Source: Promethearchaeota archaeon (GTDB lineage: Archaea; Asgardarchaeota; Lokiarchaeia; Sigyniarchaeales; SOKP01). From it: a stretch of DNA of 28,082 nt. Of this stretch, positions 1-8,771 are shown piece after piece. The position numbers and the translations under genes are program-made. The DNA lies in NCBI GenBank assembly GCA_048940925.1, contig JBHLOC010000034.1, positions 23,069 to 51,150 of the forward strand. Reading direction: 5' to 3'. Under the pieces are notes generated by a model. That model was not told the DNA's origin and ran no database searches. It saw only the letters and a list, made by a program, of their open reading frames with translations. Position 1 is the first letter of the stretch. Each line of letters opens with the position of its first letter.

Positions 1-707
1 GATTCTTTTGCTAGCTGTAAGAAGGCTCTTACTTTTCCCTCTTTAAAACCTTCTAGATAAAATGCAATATTTGATGTTTCTGGGTCTACACGGCTAAAGT
101 ATTCTAATAACATTACCTCATCTACAACTGCTCTATTGCCGATTGAGACTGCAGTTGAGACACCTATATTCCTTTCATTGAATTTCACGAAGAATTGATC
201 TACTAGCACACCTCCACTTTGGCTTATGAGTGCTACAGAACCTTTTGGAGGTTTTGTGATACGTTCTGTTGGTAAAAATATTGTGTCTACAATTGGAGGT
301 GCATAAACCCCGAGACAATTTGGACCTAACACCGCAATATCGTTTTCAAATGCGATTTTCTCGAGTTTCTCTTGTCTCTTTTTACCCTTCCCTCCGATTT
401 CAGCAAATCCACCCCCAATAATAACACTAGCAGGTATTCCTAAATCCACACAATTTTGAATATAACTTAATGTATCATCTGGTCCAACTGCGATTACTAA
501 TAAATCTGGAATTTCTGGTAAATTGTCTAAACATTTATATAACTGAATTCCCTCAATCTCTCCTGCACTCGGATATATTCCATAAACTTTTACGTCCATT
601 TCAAATTCATTTTTTAATAAAATGATCCTTCCTGGACTGAGTGGATTTTTCTTTGAAATTCCTACAACTGCAATTGATTTAGGTTTAAATAATTTCTCTA
701 AATCCAT
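1..707 (-). CDS. ADP-forming acetate/acyl-CoA ligase, alpha (CoA-binding) subunit; 3' end runs off the window
   Basis: Not in the ORF track. My translation from the ATG at 707 reads MDLEKLFKPKSIAVVGISKK...IIGGGFAE...LGPNCLG...VALISQSGG...VSIGNRAVVDE...FYLEG. It is open to base 1 and carries the typical AcdA-family motifs. Confidence 0.92.
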   Translation of the reverse strand, partial: MDLEKLFKPKSIAVVGISKKNPLSPGRIILLKNEFEMDVKVYGIYPSAGEIEGIQLYKCLDNLPEIPDLLVIAVGPDDTLSYIQNCVDLGIPASVIIGGGFAEIGGKGKKRQEKLEKIAFENDIAVLGPNCLGVYAPPIVDTIFLPTERITKPPKGSVALISQSGGVLVDQFFVKFNERNIGVSTAVSIGNRAVVDEVMLLEYFSRVDPETSNIAFYLEGFKEGKVRAFLQLAKE

Positions 708-949
708 TATGAAAAGAATATTATATGGTTTTCATTAATATATAATTTGTTAAAAAATAAGGTTATATTTATTTTTGTCTTAGGTATGTAGAATAAAATT
801 GTATACTTTCTTGGAAGGTTTTTAGTGTTTCTATTTAATCTTTGGTCTGGTTATGAATATTAAAATTTAAATATTTATTAAGAAAAAAAGTGAAATATTA
901 TCAAAACTAAATTTTAAGTTTTATTGAATTTAAATATGGAGATCTGGTT

Positions 950-2359
950 ATGACTGAACAGAGAAATCAAACAGACGAAGAATTTAGTCTATTAACAGCA
1001 GTTAAATTTGGTACTGGTCAATTATCAGATATAGTTGCATATCAAACATTCTTTTTTTGGATATTTACATTCTATTATACAATTGTAATCCGTAATACGA
1101 CACTTATTGCAATACCTTTTATAATTTGGAGTGTTTGGAATGCTATTAATGACCCTATCTTAGGATATTTATCAGATCGTACTCATACTAGATGGGGTCG
1201 AAGAATTCCTTGGTTAATTGCAGCAATAGGTCCTTTAGCTTTAATAATGTTCTTTTTATTCAGTCCTCCAAAAACTTTTGGCATAGATTCAGTATCAGCA
1301 AATTTTATCTATTTCTTTATAATTATTATTGTTTTTGAACTATTTTATACAATGTTTTCAATAAATCAAACAAGTCTTTTTCCAGAACAGTTCATTGATG
1401 TAGTTGTTAGAGGAAAAGTAAATACAGTTAAACAAATATTTTCTGTATTGGGATTAATAGTAGCTGCGATTTTGCCATCTCTTTTCATGGAGGACCCAAT
1501 GATTGAGGCATCATTACCTAATTGGTCTATTTTTGGTATCTTTTTAGCTATAATTACCTTTACTTTTGGACTTTTCTTTATAAAATGGGGGGCAAAGGAA
1601 AAAAAAGAATTTAAAGATGATTATAAGAAAGCTCCAAAAATTTTTAAGGCGATTAAATTATGTGTTAAAAGCAAAAGTTTTAGGTGGTATATTCCTGCAG
1701 AAATAGCAAATTGGTTTGTTTATGGAATGCTTCCTACAATAATTCCACTCTACGCGAGATATGTTTTAGGGATTGAAGCAGGTTCTATGGAAGTGTCAAT
1801 ACTACTAGGAATTGGTTTTATTTCTGCAGCAATATTCATTAATTTATGGAGATGGGTTGCTAAAAAAATTGGTCCAAGAAAAGCTTGGATGGCTTCTTTG
1901 TTCACTTGGATATTAACTTTATTACCTTTCTTATTTATTAGTTCATTCGAAGAAGGATTGATTTTCTTTTTTATAATGGGTATTGGATTAGCGGGATCAC
2001 TGGTTCTTATAGACTTAATTGTTTCTGATATTATTGACGAAGATGAAGTAAATACTGGAATTAGAAGGGAAGCAGCATATTATGGAGTAAATGCATTATT
2101 TTTACGATTCTCTACCGTTTTTGTATTTATAGCTGTAGGAGTAGTTTTTGCAGGTTTTGGTTGGGAAGAATATAATCCATTAATTAATGACCCGGATGCA
2201 TTAATTATTGCTCTAAAGATTTTGATGGTTGTCTTACCATTAATAGCAATAGCAATCGGAATCATATCACTTTATAAATATCCACTAGATGGCGAAAAGT
2301 TAAAACAAGTAAAAGAAAAGCTTAAACAAATTCATAAGGAAAAGAAAGTAAAAGTCTAA
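950..2359 (+). CDS. MFS transporter, glycoside-pentoside-hexuronide (GPH/MelB-like) family
   Basis: About 12 hydrophobic segments. Family motifs WNAINDPILGYLSDRTHTRWGRRIPW and DIIDEDEVNTGIRREAAYYG. Confidence 0.92.
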   Translation: MTEQRNQTDEEFSLLTAVKFGTGQLSDIVAYQTFFFWIFTFYYTIVIRNTTLIAIPFIIWSVWNAINDPILGYLSDRTHTRWGRRIPWLIAAIGPLALIMFFLFSPPKTFGIDSVSANFIYFFIIIIVFELFYTMFSINQTSLFPEQFIDVVVRGKVNTVKQIFSVLGLIVAAILPSLFMEDPMIEASLPNWSIFGIFLAIITFTFGLFFIKWGAKEKKEFKDDYKKAPKIFKAIKLCVKSKSFRWYIPAEIANWFVYGMLPTIIPLYARYVLGIEAGSMEVSILLGIGFISAAIFINLWRWVAKKIGPRKAWMASLFTWILTLLPFLFISSFEEGLIFFFIMGIGLAGSLVLIDLIVSDIIDEDEVNTGIRREAAYYGVNALFLRFSTVFVFIAVGVVFAGFGWEEYNPLINDPDALIIALKILMVVLPLIAIAIGIISLYKYPLDGEKLKQVKEKLKQIHKEKKVKV

Positions 2360-2456
2360 TTACTCATTATTTTTTTTTATATAAATATGAAGAAATTATC
2401 AAAATCTATTGAATTTATTATAATTGTTAAATATGAATTCAATTGTAAGAATATTT

Positions 2457-3767
2457 TTATGATTTTAATTTTATCAATTTAGCTACACCGCTACGTATGT
2501 TTGAAAGAATTTCGTCTAATTCTTGTTTTTGTACGATTAATGGAGGTAAAATTTTAATAGTATCTTTTTTATTATGACAATAATCAAGAAGAACTCCTTC
2601 TTTAATAATAGATAACATACCTAACTGACAATCTTCCTCCTTGTAGAATTCTACTCCCCACATTAGTCCTCTTCCTCTCACTTCTTTAATCAGGTCAGGA
2701 AATTCATTTTTTATCATTTCTAATCCTCTCTGAAAAATATCTCCCATCTCCCTTACGTGGGCTAAAAAATTTGGATCTGATTGGATTTCTAGCATTTCTA
2801 ACGCAATTGCACAACCGATATCAGATCCACCTGTAGTAGAGATTTGTATAAAAGGTTCGTCTTTATAAACAGCTTTTTCTATAAACGGTTTATAGCTACA
2901 AACAGAAAGAGGATAAATCCCAGAACTCATTCCTTTTCCTAATACTATAAAATCGGGAACTACTTTTTCATTCGGATATAAACCTCCATAAATAGCCCAT
3001 AATTCCCCCGTTCTGCCAAGTCCTGCTTGAACTTCATCTATGATCATCATAGCACCCGTGCGATCACAGATTTCTCTTACCTCTGCGAAATATCCCTCAG
3101 GAGCGATTAATAGCCCCGCAGTCGCTGGAATCGTTTCTAGTATTACACACGCAGTTTTATCGGTAACCACTTCCTTCATAGCATTAATATCACCAAATGG
3201 AATTTGCTTAAATTCTGGAAGATTCCATAAAAAAATATCCCTAAATTCTGGATCTCCCGTAGCCAAAGCGAAACCAGTATGTCCATGATAACCCCCTATA
3301 GCAGAAACACATCCCTTCCTCTGTGTGACAGCTCTTGAAAACTTAATTGCACAATCGATTGCTTCTCCTCCACTAACTCCAAATGTAGTTTTACTAATAT
3401 CACCTGGCATTAAATCTGCTAACTTTTTTCCTAATAGAGCTCTTTGCTCAGATAAAAGAATATGATCTCCTAAATCTAATCCCCCATCTAAAGCTTCTTT
3501 AATAATTTGAATTATTCGAGGATTTCGATGCCCTAAATTAAATACACCTCCAGAAGTCCGACAATTAAATAATTCTAAGGGAGGTTCCCCTTGTCTCGAG
3601 CCTTCTAAAGTTTTTAATTTGACTCCGTCTCTTTCACCAGGAATAAAACCTAATCCAAAACTCTTAAAAAACCGGACTTTTGGACCATTCACATATTTTG
3701 AATATAACTTTAGTAATTCTTTCTGAGATAAAGTTCCTATAAATTTCTTCTGTGGATTGTTCGTCAT
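2457..3767 (-). CDS. PLP-dependent class III aminotransferase (acetylornithine/putrescine aminotransferase-like)
   Basis: Motifs FNLGHRNP, SGGEAIDCAIK, GYHGHT, IIDEVQAGLGRTG and LGKGMSSG (PLP lysine), plus VRGRGLMWG. Confidence 0.92.
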   Translation of the reverse strand: MTNNPQKKFIGTLSQKELLKLYSKYVNGPKVRFFKSFGLGFIPGERDGVKLKTLEGSRQGEPPLELFNCRTSGGVFNLGHRNPRIIQIIKEALDGGLDLGDHILLSEQRALLGKKLADLMPGDISKTTFGVSGGEAIDCAIKFSRAVTQRKGCVSAIGGYHGHTGFALATGDPEFRDIFLWNLPEFKQIPFGDINAMKEVVTDKTACVILETIPATAGLLIAPEGYFAEVREICDRTGAMMIIDEVQAGLGRTGELWAIYGGLYPNEKVVPDFIVLGKGMSSGIYPLSVCSYKPFIEKAVYKDEPFIQISTTGGSDIGCAIALEMLEIQSDPNFLAHVREMGDIFQRGLEMIKNEFPDLIKEVRGRGLMWGVEFYKEEDCQLGMLSIIKEGVLLDYCHNKKDTIKILPPLIVQKQELDEILSNIRSGVAKLIKLKS

Positions 3768-3933
3768 ACTTTTAAAAAAACATGGTAAAATATATTAAAA
3801 TTTTGGAAAAAAAAAATGTTATCTCAAAAATTTAAATTATTCAATGATAAGTGCAATATTATAAAAGAAAAAGGGAAATTAAAAAAATCTTAAATGAAAT
3901 TTTCCAGATTAATGAACTAGATAAACTAATTGC

Positions 3934-4761
3934 TTAAAACTCATAACCACATTTTTTACAAACGTGTTTTTTTGCATACATTGGAATATGACCGACGTAA
4001 CTTAAAACTTTACTTTTATCTTCAACAGTTTTTATGTCAGTTCCAACCGCACCGCACATGGGACAAGTAATGCGCTCATCACTAGCAAATCCACCTGCAC
4101 CAATTTCTGGGGGCTTTAATTCATCCAATTCAGTTTCAACTTCTTGTAGGTGCGCAGTTGTAGATTCAATTGTTTGTTCCTTTTCTGCAAGTGCATCATT
4201 TAATTCTTGAATTTGAGTATCTCGTTGTAATAATGTATTATTTAATTCACTTAATTGAGAATTCAAAGTGGAAAGTTCTGAATTTAGATCTTCATTTTCA
4301 GATTTTAATTTATTTAATTCATCTTGGTTAGAGGAAATTGCGTTATTTATTTCGGATAATGTGGATTCTAAATTAGTGACGGTTGATTTAGCAGCTTCAA
4401 TCTCTGACATTAGACTATTAATTTGTGAATCTTTATCTGTTAAGTTAGTTTTGTGTTCTTCTATTTCAGTATTTAAGCTATTGATGGTTTGATCTTTTTG
4501 AATAATATCTGCTTTAGTTTCTTCGAGCGTGTTTTTAGTTTGAGTGAGTTCACTTTCAGTATTTTCAAGTTTTATTTTAGTATCAGCCAGTTCATTCTTA
4601 GTAGTTCCAAGTTCCTCTTGAGAATTTGATAATTCGGATGTTGCATCAGATAATTGTTTTTCTAAATCATTTACTTTATCTCTAAGGTCTAATAGAACTT
4701 TACCTATAACTGAAACTTTCTTATCGGGTTTTTCTTCTGCCTTTACCCAATCTATAGAAAT
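3934..4761 (-). CDS. Long coiled-coil protein with C-terminal Zn ribbon (~275 aa, probable ATT start)
   Basis: The 158-aa track ORF is open for a further 117 codons upstream with continuous heptads (SIDWVKAEEKPDKK...LRDKVNDLEKQL...TKNELADTKIKLENTESELTQTKNTLEETK). AGGTGA at 4773-4768 lies 6 nt before ATT at 4761. The C-terminus has CPMCG...CKKCGYEF. Confidence 0.8.
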   Translation of the reverse strand: MSIDWVKAEEKPDKKVSVIGKVLLDLRDKVNDLEKQLSDATSELSNSQEELGTTKNELADTKIKLENTESELTQTKNTLEETKADIIQKDQTINSLNTEIEEHKTNLTDKDSQINSLMSEIEAAKSTVTNLESTLSEINNAISSNQDELNKLKSENEDLNSELSTLNSQLSELNNTLLQRDTQIQELNDALAEKEQTIESTTAHLQEVETELDELKPPEIGAGGFASDERITCPMCGAVGTDIKTVEDKSKVLSYVGHIPMYAKKHVCKKCGYEF

Positions 4762-4767
4762 AATACT

Positions 4768-4773
4768 TCACCT
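4768..4773 (-). promoter_or_regulatory. Shine-Dalgarno-like site AGGTGA
   Basis: Matches the archaeal GGAGGTGA consensus and lies 6 nt upstream of the putative ATT start. A TATA-like TTTATATA lies at 4835-4828. Confidence 0.6.
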
Positions 4774-4966
4774 TATTTAGATACTTAATAATTTCGTATT
4801 GAATTTATGAATTTATTTTTTTAATGTTATATAAATCATATTGAATTAAGATTTTAATTGTTTTTCTTTTTGCTAATTAGATGAGTTAAAATAAATATTA
4901 TGATTTAATTAAAATCGTAGCTATAATATAATATAAAGAAATCATAATCAAAGTTCGATCGGTTCA

Positions 4967-5839
4967 ATGGAAAATACAGATGATCTACAATTTGAAATTG
5001 ATTTTATATCAACATCAGGTGCATATAAAACGTTATTTTCGTTTGTTATAATTTTACAGTTATTTATTGGTTGGACAATTATAATTTTTGTTAATTTATG
5101 GTATTATAACGATCTTTATTATCTTCTAACAGGAAAACGATTTTTAACCTTTATTTTAATTGGTGAATGGTGGGAATGGTTTTTACTCCCATTAAATCTT
5201 TATGGCAATCTTTTTTTATTCGCATTTTCAATTATCTTTTTTTCAGCAGGAATTTATAAAATTTTAAATAAATTAAGTCCCCCTAAAGAAGGAATATTTG
5301 AAAAAGGGAGCAGGGAATGGAAATATACTCATCGTAGATTCTGGACAGCGTATTTTCCAATTTGGTTAGCAAGAGCTTTACCAATTCCATGGTCCGATAT
5401 TTTTGTGTATCGATTCTTTGGGGTATCCATAGGAAAAAATGTAGTGGCTTATGAAGGATATATTGATCCTGAGTTTATTGAAATAGGAGATTATACAATG
5501 ACATCTCTAAATATTTGTATATTTTCTCATTTGATATACCATGATAAATTAATAATTAAAAGAGTTAAAGTGGGTAAAGCTTGTGTTGTAGGGCCTCAAA
5601 CAATCATCAGTCCAGGAACTATAATGGAAGATGGTGCTGTTTTGGGAGCAAATAGTTATACTTGGATAAAACAAAAATTGGAAGGCAATTTAATTCATGT
5701 TGGAACACCAGTGACTACGAAAATTCCTATACAAACCTTAGAGGAATCACAAGAAAAAGCAGAGAGAATAAAGGAAGAAATTAATGATAAAAGAACTTAT
5801 TTAAGTCATAAAACCAAACAGGAGGGTTCTGATAACTAA
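4967..5839 (+). CDS. Membrane-anchored left-handed beta-helix (hexapeptide repeat) acyltransferase-like protein
   Basis: N-terminal TM segments, PPKEGIF motif, then YRFFGVSIGKNV...IEIGDYT...IFSH...VKVGKACVVGPQTIISPGTIMEDGAVLGANS...GTP. Confidence 0.85.
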   Translation: MENTDDLQFEIDFISTSGAYKTLFSFVIILQLFIGWTIIIFVNLWYYNDLYYLLTGKRFLTFILIGEWWEWFLLPLNLYGNLFLFAFSIIFFSAGIYKILNKLSPPKEGIFEKGSREWKYTHRRFWTAYFPIWLARALPIPWSDIFVYRFFGVSIGKNVVAYEGYIDPEFIEIGDYTMTSLNICIFSHLIYHDKLIIKRVKVGKACVVGPQTIISPGTIMEDGAVLGANSYTWIKQKLEGNLIHVGTPVTTKIPIQTLEESQEKAERIKEEINDKRTYLSHKTKQEGSDN

Positions 5840-6580
5840 ATGTTTCAACCTGCAAGTTTAAAAGGGGCTTCTCCAACCCCTATAGATGAGAGAATTAGAA
5901 ATAAATATCTTTTTATTTATGTGATAATAATAATTTTAAGTTTAATTCCTTGTTCGATATTTGAATATTTTTACATTTTACTTTTTTGGAAGCCTAAAAT
6001 ATATTTATTCTTCTTTATACTATTTCCTATTAATTTCATAATAGTTCTATATATTCTTCAATTATCAGCTATTTTGTTTTCAGTACTATTTTTGAATATT
6101 TTAAGATTACTTTACCCTCCTGAAGAGGGGATATTCAATAGAGATATCACTGATAAAAATTATTTATTCTGGAATCTGAGAAATATCACTAAAAAGTGGG
6201 CTCTTTTTATTACAGCTTCTAATCCCTTTCCTTGGTTAAAAAATCGATTTACACTTAGATTTTTTGGAGTAAAAATTGGTAAAAAAGCAATTTGCGATAA
6301 TTGCTGGATCTCCTCAGAATTTGTATCGATTGGTAATGATGTTATTATTGGAATGAATAGTACCCTATTAAGTTTTGGAATTGTGCAAGATAAATTCATT
6401 TTAAAAAAGATTATTATTGAAGATGATGTATTAATTGGAGCTAAATGTGTAATATTACCAGGTACTCACATAGAAAAGAAAGTGAAATTATCTGCTCATT
6501 CATATACTAATTATAATGAAATATTAAAAGAAAATTTTATATATGCCGGTCATCCAGCTAAAATAAAACAAAATATTTGA
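5840..6580 (+). CDS. Membrane-anchored LbH acyltransferase-like protein, paralogue of the upstream gene
   Basis: TM segments, PPEEGIF, LRFFGVKIGKK...VSIGNDVIIG...IIIEDDVLIGAKCVILPGTHI...YAGHPAK. The ATG directly follows the upstream TAA. Confidence 0.85.
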   Translation: MFQPASLKGASPTPIDERIRNKYLFIYVIIIILSLIPCSIFEYFYILLFWKPKIYLFFFILFPINFIIVLYILQLSAILFSVLFLNILRLLYPPEEGIFNRDITDKNYLFWNLRNITKKWALFITASNPFPWLKNRFTLRFFGVKIGKKAICDNCWISSEFVSIGNDVIIGMNSTLLSFGIVQDKFILKKIIIEDDVLIGAKCVILPGTHIEKKVKLSAHSYTNYNEILKENFIYAGHPAKIKQNI

Positions 6581-6582
6581 AT

Positions 6583-8178
6583 ATGATATCAGAAAAGATT
6601 ATTAAATTAAATTCTAAACAGAGAGGAAAAAATAAGAAAAGACTAGTAATTATATCAGATACACATATAAGTCGGTCAATGGGTGCATTTAATCTTCATG
6701 CATACAATTTAGGTATAAAAAAAATCAATGAAATAAAGAATGCTTCTCTCTTTCTTCATCTTGGAGATATTACTCATACAGGGACATTATTAGAATATGA
6801 ATATGCCATAGAACAATTTAAAAAATTTGATCCAGTATCAAAATGTCCACTAATGATTCTAATTGGAAATCATGATGCGATGAATGTGGGATACCTGCTC
6901 TTTGAGGAGATGATTGGTAAAAGAGACTATGAATATGAAGATGATGAGTTATATGTTATAGGAATAGATAGTACTAAACCAGATCTACCTGGTGGAATCA
7001 TTCATCACTCTACTATTGATGATGTTCGAAAAAGATTAGAAAAACCAGAAAGAGAGAATAAGTTTAAAATAGTTTGTTTTCATCATCAGCTAATACCGAT
7101 CCCAAACACTGGAAAAGAGAGATCTGCTATTGATGACTCCGGGGATATGCTTAAAATGCTTTTAGAAGCAAAAGCAGACTTAGTTTTAAATGGCCATAGA
7201 CATACATCGAATTTATATACAGTAAGTAGTAGTGAAAAAGATTTATATATTTTTAATGCAGGTACCTTTTGCTGTAATAAAACAAGATATCGAGATTTAT
7301 TTTCTTATTCAATCATAGATATTGAAGATAACAATATTATTTTTAAGGTCATTCCAATATTAAATTCTAATTCTATACGTGAAATTCATCGCGAAGTCAA
7401 TTACTATGTCCCCTTAGAAAAAGAAAGGGGTCAAAAACCACTATGTAGATTTATACAAATATCACATTCATTAATTAATGAACAATCGGAAAACAACACT
7501 ACAAATTTAGATCGTGCTATTAAGAAAATAAATGCAATCAAAGATGTAGATTTAGTAGTGCATGCTGGAAATGTAACAAAAAACAGTATGAAAGATGAAT
7601 TTAGAATAGCAAAAGATAAACTGAATAATTTGAAATATCCTTATTTAGTTGTACCAGGATATACCGATTCGAAACCACCAGCTTGGGAATACTGGAAACA
7701 TTATTTTGGTGAATTTGATCCGTTATATGAGAATGAAAAAATATATTTCCAGGGGCTAAACTCTACTACCCGAGATTCTACTGAGGGATTTATTGGAAGA
7801 AAAAGAATGAATAAATTTATTGAAAAAGTTTTATCTCATAGTCATCAAAAAATCTTTGGTGTGTGCTGTTTTCATAGTTTAATTCCTACTCCTTTAAGTG
7901 TTTGGAGAACAGAATTAAATGATTCTGGAGATGTTCTTTCGCAATTTGCCCATTCTCAAATTGATCTTTGCTTAAATAGTTCCCCAAGTATCGCTTTCAA
8001 TGTAAAAGTCGATCATACAGTGTTTTCTAATGGAGGGAACCTTAATCCTGAACGATTTGATGAAGCTTTTATCGAAACGGAAATTTATAAAAAGGGATAT
8101 GTAATCTTAAAAGAACATAACTTGAAAACTGATCATATTAAGAATGTAGGTACTTATAATATTACAATTTTTATTTGA
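6583..8178 (+). CDS. Calcineurin-like (Icc/CpdA-type) metallophosphoesterase with a duplicated, degenerate second domain
   Basis: Domain 1 has ISDTH, GDIT, GNHD, FHH and GHRH. Domain 2 has ISHSL, GNVT, GYTD, FHS and NSSP. ATG at 6583 is preferred over TTG at 6577. Confidence 0.88.
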   Translation: MISEKIIKLNSKQRGKNKKRLVIISDTHISRSMGAFNLHAYNLGIKKINEIKNASLFLHLGDITHTGTLLEYEYAIEQFKKFDPVSKCPLMILIGNHDAMNVGYLLFEEMIGKRDYEYEDDELYVIGIDSTKPDLPGGIIHHSTIDDVRKRLEKPERENKFKIVCFHHQLIPIPNTGKERSAIDDSGDMLKMLLEAKADLVLNGHRHTSNLYTVSSSEKDLYIFNAGTFCCNKTRYRDLFSYSIIDIEDNNIIFKVIPILNSNSIREIHREVNYYVPLEKERGQKPLCRFIQISHSLINEQSENNTTNLDRAIKKINAIKDVDLVVHAGNVTKNSMKDEFRIAKDKLNNLKYPYLVVPGYTDSKPPAWEYWKHYFGEFDPLYENEKIYFQGLNSTTRDSTEGFIGRKRMNKFIEKVLSHSHQKIFGVCCFHSLIPTPLSVWRTELNDSGDVLSQFAHSQIDLCLNSSPSIAFNVKVDHTVFSNGGNLNPERFDEAFIETEIYKKGYVILKEHNLKTDHIKNVGTYNITIFI

Positions 8179-8342
8179 TTCGAAATAAAAATTTATTCAG
8201 ATAGTAACTCTCAGTTCAGAAATTTATCTAATTTTAATAAAAAATAAACTTAAAAAGCATATTTTTTTTATAAAACTAAATATAACGTTGACAAATGCTG
8301 TTTCAAAACTTAAATAGTTTAAAATAAAAATAAGGCATTTTT

Positions 8343-8624
8343 ATGGCAAGAGTAAAATTAAATTTGTTAAATATATTCCAGTTGAAACTTAATAAAAAGT
8401 CAATTGAATATGAGGGTAAAACTGTTGGTGATATTATCTCAAAATTTTTGAATGAATATAAAGAAAAACTTGATGATGCTATACTAAGTAAAAATAAAAA
8501 GAAGTTCCATCCCCAGATTCTCATATTACTAAATGGACGGAATATAAAGTATCTTAAAAATTATAAAACTCGGCTCAAAGATGCAGATGAGATATATTTA
8601 TCTTTTGCATTAGCAGGAGGATAA
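8343..8624 (+). CDS. MoaD/ThiS/SAMP-family ubiquitin-like beta-grasp protein
   Basis: 93 aa with TVGDII, ILILLNGRNI, TRLKDADEI and a C-terminal di-glycine (ALAGG). Confidence 0.9.
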   Translation: MARVKLNLLNIFQLKLNKKSIEYEGKTVGDIISKFLNEYKEKLDDAILSKNKKKFHPQILILLNGRNIKYLKNYKTRLKDADEIYLSFALAGG

Positions 8625-8771
8625 ACGTAACAAATTTTTATTCAATAAGCTTAAATAGCAAAAATATCTTATTTTTTTTACATAATACGATTATTTATTA
8701 GAAGTATTTAATATTGAATACCTTAGATTGTAATTTTTTTTTTATAATTTAGTAGGTGATATTTTATACAT

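Noticed and set aside
3934-4761. SMC/chromosome partition protein call
   Set aside because: No Walker A/B or hinge motifs; the resemblance is generic coiled coil.
4768-4770. In-frame TGA as possible selenocysteine or readthrough codon
   Set aside because: An in-frame TAA lies three codons further upstream (4779-4777) with no start codon in between. The TGA is better explained as part of the SD.
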